DNA from: Oscillospiraceae bacterium
GTDB taxonomy: Bacteria > Bacillota > Clostridia > Oscillospirales > CAG-272
Length of the DNA: 64,000 nt
Direction of reading: 5' to 3'
Assembly (NCBI GenBank): GCA_015064255.1
Contig: SVSP01000003.1
Span: 60,044 to 124,043 of the forward strand
Every line of letters begins with the position of its first letter. Position 1 is the stretch's first letter. A program made the translations under genes and the position numbers. The notes beneath the pieces are model-generated. The model was given only the letters and a program-made list of their open reading frames with translations. It had not been told where the DNA came from and ran no database searches. Of this stretch, positions 54,373 through 63,178 are shown in pieces.

Positions 54373-55056
54373 TTAATCTCCGTCAAGGAATTTGATTGCA
54401 CGCTCGGGTGAATCCTTCGCGTTGCCCCACGGCTCTTCTTCATAGCGGTAATCGTATTTTTTGCAGAACCAGCTAACGTCCGCGCAAAGCTCCTCGAGGT
54501 TCTTGTTCACGATGTTGCCGGCAGACTCTGCAAATTCCTTAAAGGTTTTCTTTACCATTTCTTTTTTTCCGCAGGCAAGCATATCGGCATAGTGATTCAG
54601 ACAGAAATATTTCTGTGCTTCAAATTTTTCTCTGAAAGCCGAATCCGTTTCCCACATATACACCACGTTTGAAACGAGTCTTGCGAAATTTCCGCCCACT
54701 CTTTCGCAAACGTAGCAGGTCTCCTTGAGCGAGCTTATACGGGCAACCGTCTTTTCGGGAGCAGAGCGTCTGCCCGCAACGTCCTCATAAAGCTCATTCA
54801 GATGGCTTTCGAGCATAAGTGCAAGAGGAAGACGCTTGCCGTTCGTAAGCATTTTTTCAAAATGCGTCGGGCAAAATCCGAGTCGGTTAGTTTTGATTCT
54901 TACATCAGGCTCCATCATCGAAGCTCCAAGTATAAGAGAAAGCTCGTCGTTCTCAAGCTTTTTATAAAGATTACATAGAGGGCAACAGGTATCGCCCTTC
55001 TCCATACGCTTTTCAAATTCTTCGTTTATCGGTATCGTATAAATGGTTTCAGCCAT
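54373..55056 (-). CDS. Cys/His-rich hypothetical protein with a duplicated CxxC..CxxH module
   Basis: C25-x2-C28..C62-x2-H65 and C114-x2-C117..C152-x2-H155, with near-identical spacing (34/35 aa). GAAAGGGTGG RBS. Confidence 0.5.
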   Translation of the reverse strand: MAETIYTIPINEEFEKRMEKGDTCCPLCNLYKKLENDELSLILGASMMEPDVRIKTNRLGFCPTHFEKMLTNGKRLPLALMLESHLNELYEDVAGRRSAPEKTVARISSLKETCYVCERVGGNFARLVSNVVYMWETDSAFREKFEAQKYFCLNHYADMLACGKKEMVKKTFKEFAESAGNIVNKNLEELCADVSWFCKKYDYRYEEEPWGNAKDSPERAIKFLDGD

Positions 55057-55131
55057 TTTTCAGACCACCCTTTCGCACAAATTCCGCTTAAAGCAGGTCA
55101 AGCTGCGCTTTTACAGCCTTATTTTAACTTT

Positions 55132-55166
55132 GCCGGACATTTCACACAAAAAACGAAATGTCCGAC
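55132..55166 (-). terminator. Intrinsic terminator after the UDP-sugar pyrophosphorylase gene
   Basis: Minus strand: GTCGGACATTTC-loop-GAAATGTCCGGC, followed by an A/T-rich tail. Confidence 0.65.
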
Positions 55167-55191
55167 AAAATCATTATTCAGTATAAGTTTA

Positions 55192-56427
55192 TCAGAGCTC
55201 TACTCCGTTAAGCTTCAGAAGCTCTCTTGCGCTTTCAACAGAGTCAACGCCTTCTTTATTCTTGATAGGAGCGAACTCCTTCTTTCTGTCAACCTCAAAG
55301 GAGAGGCAGGAGTCAACCATATGAACCATATCAAGGATAAGTGTTTCGAACTTATATCCGTTAGGAGCCTCGGGCTTTACGAGCTCAGCGTTTTCATCGA
55401 TATAAGGGATCTTCTTTTCAACGATATGGAGAGGCATTCTCTTATTCATATTCGCCTTAAGGATCTCTATATTGAACATATAGTTAAGAATTACACCGAA
55501 GCTGTAAAGAAGCTCGCCGCGCTCATCGCGGAGATTGATCATATCATCGGTAATTTCGTAGTATTCAACGATAGAGGGCTTGTTATCTTCAAGGCAAAGA
55601 ACACCGATCTTTTCCATCGGCTCAGCCTTACGTACTACCTTTGCGCCACTCTGACGTCCGGATGCGATAGTTGCACCTACGAACGCAGGAGAGTTGATTC
55701 TCTGAAGAACGTTATCGACCGCGAAAATTGTCAGCCATTCAACGCCCTGCTTTTCGAGCTTTTCAACAAGACCCGCTTTTTCAAGAGAAGTGAACCAGCC
55801 GCCGTTTCCGTTAGGAGAAAGGGAAATTCTGTCCTTGGCTTCCATATAGATCTTTCCGTTATAGTCAACGGAAGGAGCCATTTCCTGAATGAAGAAGTTT
55901 ACGTAGTCCTTATTGTATCCGAAGTAGTTCATTTCTTCGAAGAACTTAACTGTGTCGTCGTTGTTCTTTTCGCTCGTCATAATGCAAAGAGGCATCCAAG
56001 CGCCTGCCTGCTTAACAACGTCAAGCATATTATTGATAAGACATTCAAAAATATAGAGAGGACGTGTAATACCGATATTATACATTCCCTTGGGCTTGTC
56101 GCTTCCAAGACGTGTTCCCTGTCCGCCTGCGAGAAGAACTGCGCAAACCTTACCTGCCTTTATAGCTTCGATACCAACCTTTTCGAACTCTTCCTTGCGT
56201 GCTTCGATCTCATCGATCTCAAGTGCGCCGAGGGGAGCGAGTTCTCCGCGGTTTTCGATCTCGCTTCTGTTCTTAAGAATATCGAGAAGCTTCCAATCGA
56301 TATTTTCGATTTGCTTTGCGAGGCTTGCTTTGGATTCGTCGCCAAGCTCGTCCCAATACTTAAGAAGATGTGTCTGTCCGTGTGTTTCGAGAAGTTTGTA
56401 AAGTTCGTTATATGTCATTTGATTCAA
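55192..56427 (-). CDS. UDPGP type 1 (UAP1/UGP-like) UDP-sugar pyrophosphorylase
   Basis: LLAGGQGTRLGSDKPKGMY and SPNGNGG motifs of the eukaryote-type UDP-N-acetylhexosamine/UDP-glucose pyrophosphorylases. 411 aa. Confidence 0.85.
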   Translation of the reverse strand: MNQMTYNELYKLLETHGQTHLLKYWDELGDESKASLAKQIENIDWKLLDILKNRSEIENRGELAPLGALEIDEIEARKEEFEKVGIEAIKAGKVCAVLLAGGQGTRLGSDKPKGMYNIGITRPLYIFECLINNMLDVVKQAGAWMPLCIMTSEKNNDDTVKFFEEMNYFGYNKDYVNFFIQEMAPSVDYNGKIYMEAKDRISLSPNGNGGWFTSLEKAGLVEKLEKQGVEWLTIFAVDNVLQRINSPAFVGATIASGRQSGAKVVRKAEPMEKIGVLCLEDNKPSIVEYYEITDDMINLRDERGELLYSFGVILNYMFNIEILKANMNKRMPLHIVEKKIPYIDENAELVKPEAPNGYKFETLILDMVHMVDSCLSFEVDRKKEFAPIKNKEGVDSVESARELLKLNGVEL

Positions 56428-56468
56428 CCTCCGGTCTGCCCGTTAAAATTTACACTTTTACACATCAA

Positions 56469-56497
56469 AGTATATCACAAATTTTCAAGATTGTAAA
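56469..56497 (-). promoter_or_regulatory. Sigma-A promoter (TTTACA-17-TGaTATACT) for the UDPGP gene
   Basis: Minus strand: TTTACA (56497-56492), 17-nt spacer, TATACT (56474-56469) with an upstream TG. Confidence 0.6.
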
Positions 56498-56587
56498 GAG
56501 AAAATTTCCATTATTATCAGGTTTTTTATGTGTTTTTTTTAAACATTTTTTATACATTTTGATTTACAAGCCTTTTCAATGCCTTTT

Positions 56588-56630
56588 AATGCAAAAGACA
56601 CAGTCGAAAAATCTTTTCAACCGTGTCTTT
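56588..56630 (-). terminator. Intrinsic terminator after the surface-protein operon
   Basis: Minus strand: AAAGACACGGTTGAAAA-loop-TTTTCGACTGTGTCTTT, a stem of about 17 bp with one wobble, followed by TGCATT. Confidence 0.65.
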
Positions 56631-56634
56631 ATCA

Positions 56635-57309
56635 TTATTTATTTCCCCATAAATTTTCAACAAAGTAACTATACACCGCGCGCACCCTTGCGCCATACTC
56701 GTCTGTGTATTCAAGAGTGATCAAAATCATCCTCGTGTCCTTTTCGGCGCATTCGACCGTCAGTCTTGCATCGCTTATTCCCTCTAAAACACCTTTTTTG
56801 AGAGTACCCTCGAGTGTGAGGACTCCGTCCTCGTTTTTGGTATCAAAGCTCTCAAAAATATCCTCGCTGATCTTAATAGGTGAAATATCACTCGGCACGA
56901 CTCCGCTCTCCCAAACGATTGCAGAATCCTTAAGCTGACCGATCTCGTTTTCGTCCTTTGCATAGAGCGTTCCCGAAATTTCCGAAATGAAATCGTCAGA
57001 CTCTCCGATTGCGTTCAGCTTATCGTACTTATACGTAAGCGCCGCGCTCTTTTGACCGTCCAAGTCGATTTCTACCGTGAGAGTGTACTCACCTTTCAGC
57101 GTTACCTCGTCAGTTACATATTTTATATTGCAACCGTAGCTGTGCGCCTCAAATCCTGACGTTATCTCGGCTATTTTTTCGAGCGTGCTTTTAGGTTTAT
57201 CAGCGACTGATCTCGCTATTAAAATACCGATAACTGTCGCTAAAACAAGCACAGCGACAACAGACGCGGATATTATAATTATTTTCTTGTTTTTCTTTAT
57301 AAAATTCAT
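56635..57309 (-). CDS. Membrane-anchored hypothetical protein, co-transcribed with the giant surface protein
   Basis: N-terminal TM anchor, then a beta-rich ectodomain of about 190 aa. It starts 15 nt after the upstream stop. No family recognised. Confidence 0.6.
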   Translation of the reverse strand: MNFIKKNKKIIIISASVVAVLVLATVIGILIARSVADKPKSTLEKIAEITSGFEAHSYGCNIKYVTDEVTLKGEYTLTVEIDLDGQKSAALTYKYDKLNAIGESDDFISEISGTLYAKDENEIGQLKDSAIVWESGVVPSDISPIKISEDIFESFDTKNEDGVLTLEGTLKKGVLEGISDARLTVECAEKDTRMILITLEYTDEYGARVRAVYSYFVENLWGNK

Positions 57310-57324
57310 AACATCACACCTCTT

Positions 57325-60300
57325 TTACACTCTTTCGAGAAGCTTTTTCAGCACAGTCCAAAGAAGCGCGAAAAACGCAAGGTAGGCTGTGTTAAAGGAG
57401 CTGAGTGCCGACGTTGTTTCAACCGCTTTTACAAATCCCTCATTCACCTTTGCCGCTTCCGAGTTGTATTTTTCGATCTCGTTTTCAAGCGTTTCAAGCG
57501 CATCGGCAATATCGGGGTCTTCCAGATAGATGTCTTCTCTTATTTTGTACGCCTCGGATATTGCTTTGAATCTTTCTTCAACAGTTCGGGTACTGCCTAT
57601 CTTAGCAACGGCATCTATAAGATCCTGCGCATAGTAAGTAAATCTGTATTTTTCGGCAAACTGCGCGGTAAATTCTGCGTTTCCGGTAACAGTTTCGGGA
57701 AGCGCGGGCGACCAAGTGCTGAAAGTATATTCGTAAAGCTCGGTTCCCTCGTGAGCGGGCATCATCGACGGCTTTATACTGTCACCGTAATGAAGAATCA
57801 GTTCTTCTGTTACACTTCCGTCATAATTTTTGAACGTTATGCGGTATTCAATATATTCAGCCTTGTACTTTGCGGTGATATCTGTATCCGTTTTCACCTT
57901 TTTGTAATTCCCGTCCCAAGACTCGAAAATATAGTTATAGGTATTATCGGACGCTCTGACCGGTGCCTTCGGCAGGCTTGCATCGTCGCCGTGGAGAACA
58001 CTCTGCGTACTTATAAGCGTACCGTCCCAATCATAAAAATTCACGGTATATATCGGTATTCCGTCGCTGTAAACGGCGGTGAACTCGGTATCGGCTTCTA
58101 TAAATTCCGTACTCTTATCCCAACCCACAAAGGTACACGTCTTCCCCTCTTCGTGATCGTGTTCGGGAATTTTGCCCTTGTACTCTGCAAAAGCGCCATA
58201 TTCTACCTCATCGGTATAGAGCACACTTCCATCGTAATTTCTGAAAATAACGATATAGCTTCTTACGTTTTCCTCAAAAGATGCTTCAAATACCATCTCT
58301 CCCGAAACCGTTATATTTTCATAATATCCGTTCCAGCCGAGAAATACGTAGTAATACTGCTTTGTCGCTATTTTTACGGGAATACTCATCGGAAGCTCGA
58401 TAACACTTCCGTAGTCAAGCTCGAAAGAATAGAACTCCACGCCATCGCTCATAAACCTTACGGTATATTTTCCAAGATGGTAGATGACCGTTATTTCGGT
58501 GTTGTCCGTAATATTTCCGCTGACCGTTTCTATCGACGGAGTATAGCTTTCAACAAGCGGAGAAGGCACGCTGTACTCTGCCATATAGTCCATATTTTCC
58601 ATCACGTACGGCTCACAAACCGCCTCGCCGTTCGTATGGACATATTTTATCGTGAGAGTGTATTTTTTTACTGTGTACGTAACCTTGATAAGGATGTCTG
58701 CTTCATCCGCGGTAACAGAGATCGTTTCAACATCGGGAGCATATCCCTCTATCTTGGGAGAAGCTATCTCGCAGAGTGTTCCGAAAGGAATCTCCTCTTC
58801 TGTAAAACTTATCAAATTTCCGTCCGAATATACATATTCCACCCTTATTTTACAGATTATCGGGGTATATATTACATTTATTTCGATATTTTCGGTAATG
58901 TTTCCCTCTATCGAAAGAAGGTCCGCGGCATAGCCCTTTATCACAGGAGATACCACCGAATATCCTGCCATATATACAAGGTCCGAAAGCTCGTAGGATT
59001 CAGCCGCTTCCGTTCCGTCAGCATAGACATAATTTATCTTTATGCTATACAGAGTCGATGTGTATATTACGTTTATAACAATATCTTCATCTGTCATAAC
59101 GAGTACAACTTCTTTTGTATCGGGAATGTGTCCCGCGACAGTCGGAGAGGTTATAATATACTCTTTTCCGACCGAAGCAAATTCGTCCACGTAGCTTTCG
59201 TGAGCTGTTTCGCCGTTTTCGTAGAGATAATTTACGGTAAGCTTGCGGTGTATTTCGTAAATCACTTTATGGCTGATCCCGCCTATCGCAACCTTGCCCG
59301 ATATACCCGTTTCGCTTGAAGTATAGCCTTCTATCGACGGGAAAACAATCGAAAAATCGGTTCCCCAGCCGTGCTCTGCCGTATATTTCGGGGCAAGTTC
59401 TTCGCCAAGCACGTTTTCATACGATATTTCGATCTTGAACTTTATATCGGAAAGAGCTACCGTAACGTATTTATCGTTTTCCGCAAATTTCGGAACCTTT
59501 GTAACGCGGAAGGTCGCTTTTCCGTCGTTTATTCTCATTCCGTAAATGTATCCGTCTGCATACGTATATTTTTTAAGCTCTGTAAGCTCTGCCGTCATCG
59601 GGTCATACGCGTAAAGAGTATCGGCTGTGCTTATCACGAGAGTTTCTGCATAGCTTCCGAGTCCCGCGTAAGTGTCGATATAATAGCTTGCGGTATCTCC
59701 CCACATAAACCACACTGCAGGGATAACCTCGAGCCGTTCATATGTGTTATTTAAAAAATCTATCTTACTGAGTTCAAGACCGCTTACACGTGCCTCTGTG
59801 TTTTTTACAAGAATATACCATTCTTTGCCGAGAGGAGAAATATCAACGCACAGACCGAGTTCTTTTACGAAGAAATTATCGTATCCGTCGTCAAAAACAA
59901 GCTCGGATTCCCATTCGTAATGCCCGGTTGCTTCGATCGCACCGTTTCCGCAAAGGAAATTAGCATATAAAACGTCGTCAAAGCGGTCAAAATTACCCTG
60001 TGCCACAGCATCGTCCCATGTTATATCGAGATGATACCATTTTCCGTTTATCTCGACGCAGTTCCAAACATGATTCATAGGAACGCTTGCAACCGAGCCC
60101 GAATTTATATCAAGTCGGTTGAAAAGCTCTATTGCAAGCAGCGTATAAGCCTGACATACGCCGACTTTGGTTTTCAGAAATCTGTAAGCATCATATACGG
60201 TGTTCTCTGTAAAGGTCGTAAAATCGGGGTCGTATCTGAAATTCTTTACGATGTAATCGTGTATAAAAAGCACCTTTTCAAGATCGCTCCACTCGCTGTT

Positions 60301-60822
60301 TACCTTGACGAGAATCTCCGAAATATACTTTTCGTATTCCCGTCTTTGTGCTTCGAGGGCATCACCGGTCGCCGTGTACTGAGGAACTACACGGAGTATC
60401 TTTTCGCCGTCCGAATAGTATGTATACACCGATTTTACGTAAAAAAGCTCGGGGTTTGTATTAAGAACTCTTGTAAATACTTTATTAAGGTCGTCTTTGG
60501 TGAAGGAGATATCAAGCTCCTCAAAATTTATTTCAGCTTTTACGTTTCGAAGTCCGTCAAGGATGATATCGTAAAGAGAGGAGCTGCTTTTCTTTTCGGA
60601 ATTGGACGTGAAAACTACGCGTTCTTCACTTTCTTCCGATTCTGAGATAACGGCATCCGACGAAAAACCGCCGAACTGCATAGCATCTGTTTTTTCCGTA
60701 TAATAATTACCGCTTGTATCATATTTGCCGTCAGAAAAAATCAGCACTGCAAACACGCAAACCGCAAGTACAAGCATCGCGGCAGAGATAAAATACGCGG
60801 TATATCGCTTCTTATCGGTCAT
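57325..60822 (-). CDS. 1165-aa surface protein: transglutaminase-like cysteine protease domain, 5 MucBP-like repeats, 4 Listeria/Bacteroides (InlB B / Flg_new) repeats and a C-terminal hydrophobic anchor
   Basis: N-terminal TM. Transglutaminase core VGVCQAY..NHVWN..HLDITWDD. Repeats of type xKIxVxYVYxDG..SPxIEGYxP..IxVIYT, then YTVxFxxxDGS..GWxG. AAGGAGG RBS. Confidence 0.8.
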   Translation of the reverse strand: MTDKKRYTAYFISAAMLVLAVCVFAVLIFSDGKYDTSGNYYTEKTDAMQFGGFSSDAVISESEESEERVVFTSNSEKKSSSSLYDIILDGLRNVKAEINFEELDISFTKDDLNKVFTRVLNTNPELFYVKSVYTYYSDGEKILRVVPQYTATGDALEAQRREYEKYISEILVKVNSEWSDLEKVLFIHDYIVKNFRYDPDFTTFTENTVYDAYRFLKTKVGVCQAYTLLAIELFNRLDINSGSVASVPMNHVWNCVEINGKWYHLDITWDDAVAQGNFDRFDDVLYANFLCGNGAIEATGHYEWESELVFDDGYDNFFVKELGLCVDISPLGKEWYILVKNTEARVSGLELSKIDFLNNTYERLEVIPAVWFMWGDTASYYIDTYAGLGSYAETLVISTADTLYAYDPMTAELTELKKYTYADGYIYGMRINDGKATFRVTKVPKFAENDKYVTVALSDIKFKIEISYENVLGEELAPKYTAEHGWGTDFSIVFPSIEGYTSSETGISGKVAIGGISHKVIYEIHRKLTVNYLYENGETAHESYVDEFASVGKEYIITSPTVAGHIPDTKEVVLVMTDEDIVINVIYTSTLYSIKINYVYADGTEAAESYELSDLVYMAGYSVVSPVIKGYAADLLSIEGNITENIEINVIYTPIICKIRVEYVYSDGNLISFTEEEIPFGTLCEIASPKIEGYAPDVETISVTADEADILIKVTYTVKKYTLTIKYVHTNGEAVCEPYVMENMDYMAEYSVPSPLVESYTPSIETVSGNITDNTEITVIYHLGKYTVRFMSDGVEFYSFELDYGSVIELPMSIPVKIATKQYYYVFLGWNGYYENITVSGEMVFEASFEENVRSYIVIFRNYDGSVLYTDEVEYGAFAEYKGKIPEHDHEEGKTCTFVGWDKSTEFIEADTEFTAVYSDGIPIYTVNFYDWDGTLISTQSVLHGDDASLPKAPVRASDNTYNYIFESWDGNYKKVKTDTDITAKYKAEYIEYRITFKNYDGSVTEELILHYGDSIKPSMMPAHEGTELYEYTFSTWSPALPETVTGNAEFTAQFAEKYRFTYYAQDLIDAVAKIGSTRTVEERFKAISEAYKIREDIYLEDPDIADALETLENEIEKYNSEAAKVNEGFVKAVETTSALSSFNTAYLAFFALLWTVLKKLLERV
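57673..59442 (-). repeat. Coding tandem repeats: 5 MucBP-like units of about 66 aa (58471-59442) and 4 Flg_new-type units of about 65 aa (57673-58470)
   Basis: Periodic protein strings listed in the CDS entry. Coordinates were derived from residue numbering counted by hand. Confidence 0.65.
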
Positions 60823-61112
60823 TTCGTCCTCCTTATCACATCATATCGGAAAAGTTTTATTTAAACCTCTCCATAGTCATAATAGCACACAATCACCTGC
60901 ATGTCAAGCCGATTGTACCGTATGTGATAATTGTTACTTTATAACCATTTTTTGTTCACAAAAGACTGTCGGAAAATGTGTTATTTATTCACATAAATGC
61001 CGATATGAAATATTAACCAAAAAAGTCCGCTTTGAATTGTACAAAATCACATCAAACATCGACATATTTCGCAAAAAAAGATGGCATTTTCGTAGAAAAT
61101 TCAGTATAACTA

Positions 61113-61141
61113 TTGAATTGTTAAAGTATGTGTGTTATACT
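61113..61141 (+). promoter_or_regulatory. Sigma-A promoter (TTGAAT-17-TGtTATACT) for glgB-glgC
   Basis: TTGAAT at 61113-61118, 17-nt spacer, TATACT at 61136-61141 with an upstream TG. About 50 nt before the glgB start. Confidence 0.6.
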
Positions 61142-61192
61142 ATAAGAAAATTTATTATCATTTCGCGCGATTTCTTGCGGGGGAGGTCAACT

Positions 61193-63151
61193 ATGAGTAG
61201 AAAAACAGCTAAGAACATTCAAAAAGAGAGCATAAACCTGCCCGAAGAAGACCTCGCGCATTATTATTTTCATCAGGGCACAAATTACAGTGCCTATGAA
61301 TATCTCGGCGTTCACAGAGTGATCGAGAACGGCAAAAATATCGGGTACATCTTCAGAACTTGGGCGCCTGCCGCACACGAGATATACGTAGTCGGAGATT
61401 TCAATAATTGGGAAAAGACATCTCCTATGAAAAGAATCACCGAAATGGGTGTTTGGGAATTTTTCCTTCAAACGGAAGACTCTCTTGAAAACACACCCTA
61501 CAAATACGCTGTGATCTCCAAAGCCGGTGAGCATTACAAAGCCGATCCATACGCCACGTACAGTGAAACAGGTCTTAAAACCGCGTCGCTTATACACACC
61601 GAAAATTCTTTTGACTGGCGGGATGCTTCCTGGTTCAGACACAGAAAAAAGGCTATACGCGGCGGACATTGGGACGTCCCGCTTAATATTTACGAAATGC
61701 ATCTCGCTTCGTGGCGAAAAAAAGAACCGGACAACGAGGAGGATGAGGGGTATTTTTCGTACAGAGAAATAGCCGATATGCTCGTTCCTTACGTCAAGGA
61801 AATGGGATATACTCACGTCGAGCTTCTTCCTGTAACCGAATTTCCTTACTATGCTTCGTGGGGTTATCAGGTAACGGGATATTTCGCACCGACGTCACGC
61901 TTCGGAGCTCCCGAGGATTTTAAATATTTTATAAACAAGCTGCATACAAATGGAATAGGTGTCATTCTCGACTGGGTACCCGCGCATTTTCCGAAGGACG
62001 AACACGGTCTGCGCGATTTTGACGGTTCTCCCCTTTATGAATATCAAGGCTCCGACCGTATGGAGCATAAGGAATGGGGAACACGCTGCTTTGACGTCGG
62101 CAGAAACGAGGTTCAGTGCTTCCTCGTTTCAAGCGCGATGTATTGGCTGAGAGAATTTCACATTGACGGTCTGCGCGTTGATGCCGTTGCCTCTATGCTC
62201 TACCTCGATTATGCGAGAGAGCCGGGCGAATGGATACCGAACGTCTACGGCACGAACGAAAATCTCGAATCGCAGGCATTTTTCAGAAAGCTTAACAAAA
62301 CGATATTTACGGAATTTCCCGATATACTTATGATAGCCGAAGAATCCACTGCCTTCGGCAAGGTCACGAAGCCCGTACACGAGGGCGGACTCGGTTTTAA
62401 TTTCAAGTGGAATATGGGTTGGTCGAACGATATGTTCGATTATGTGCAGTGTGACCCCTTCTTCCGCAAAAGCATTCACGACAAGCTGACCTTTTCTCTC
62501 TGCTACGCATTCTCCGAGAACTATATTCTTACGGTTTCTCACGACGAGGTCGTTCACGGAAAAAAATCGCTTATCGACAAAATGTACGGAAGCTACGAGC
62601 AGAAATTTGCGGGAATACGTCTTTTCCTCGCATATCAGATGGCTCATCCGGGCAAAAAGATGCTCTTTATGGGATGCGAATACGGTCAGTTCCGCGAATG
62701 GGACTTTGCTACACAGCTCGAATGGTTTATGCTTGACTACGAAACACATTCGACTCTGCGCAAATTCACGTCAAAGCTCAACAATTTCTATCTGAGAACA
62801 CCCGAGCTTTGGGAGGTCGATTTCTCGTGGGCGGGATTTGATTGGATATACCCCGATATGCGCGAAGAAAATCTCGTTGCCTTCAGAAGATTTGACAAGT
62901 CGGGGAATGAGCTTATCGCCGTCATGAACTTCTCCGCGGCAGAGATAAGCGATCTTGCGATATCCGTAGATAAACAGTATTACCGCGTAGCATTCTCGAC
63001 AGATGACAAGGATCTCGGCGGCACGGGCATATCGAGTCACGGCAAAGTACGTGCCGATGATTTTAAAAACATTCATCTGAAGCTTGCGCCTCTCAGCGGT
63101 CTTATGCTTCTTCCCGTAAAATCAAGAAAAAAACAAATAAATACACAGTAA
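61193..63151 (+). CDS. glgB: 1,4-alpha-glucan branching enzyme GlgB
   Basis: The ATG at 61193 follows a GGGGGAGG RBS. GH13 motifs DWVPAHF, GLRVDAVASMLY, IAEEST and SHDEVVHGK. The upstream part of track ORF 60725.. overlaps the surface-protein gene and is not coding. Confidence 0.95.
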   Translation: MSRKTAKNIQKESINLPEEDLAHYYFHQGTNYSAYEYLGVHRVIENGKNIGYIFRTWAPAAHEIYVVGDFNNWEKTSPMKRITEMGVWEFFLQTEDSLENTPYKYAVISKAGEHYKADPYATYSETGLKTASLIHTENSFDWRDASWFRHRKKAIRGGHWDVPLNIYEMHLASWRKKEPDNEEDEGYFSYREIADMLVPYVKEMGYTHVELLPVTEFPYYASWGYQVTGYFAPTSRFGAPEDFKYFINKLHTNGIGVILDWVPAHFPKDEHGLRDFDGSPLYEYQGSDRMEHKEWGTRCFDVGRNEVQCFLVSSAMYWLREFHIDGLRVDAVASMLYLDYAREPGEWIPNVYGTNENLESQAFFRKLNKTIFTEFPDILMIAEESTAFGKVTKPVHEGGLGFNFKWNMGWSNDMFDYVQCDPFFRKSIHDKLTFSLCYAFSENYILTVSHDEVVHGKKSLIDKMYGSYEQKFAGIRLFLAYQMAHPGKKMLFMGCEYGQFREWDFATQLEWFMLDYETHSTLRKFTSKLNNFYLRTPELWEVDFSWAGFDWIYPDMREENLVAFRRFDKSGNELIAVMNFSAAEISDLAISVDKQYYRVAFSTDDKDLGGTGISSHGKVRADDFKNIHLKLAPLSGLMLLPVKSRKKQINTQ

Positions 63152-63178
63152 AAATTACCGAGGAGGTATTAATATAAA

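Noticed and set aside
60725-61192. A 156-codon N-terminal extension of the glgB ORF in the track.
   Set aside because: It overlaps the start of the minus-strand surface-protein gene and the intergenic promoter region. A strong GGGGGAGG RBS and a promoter precede the ATG at 61193, and the GlgB homology begins there.
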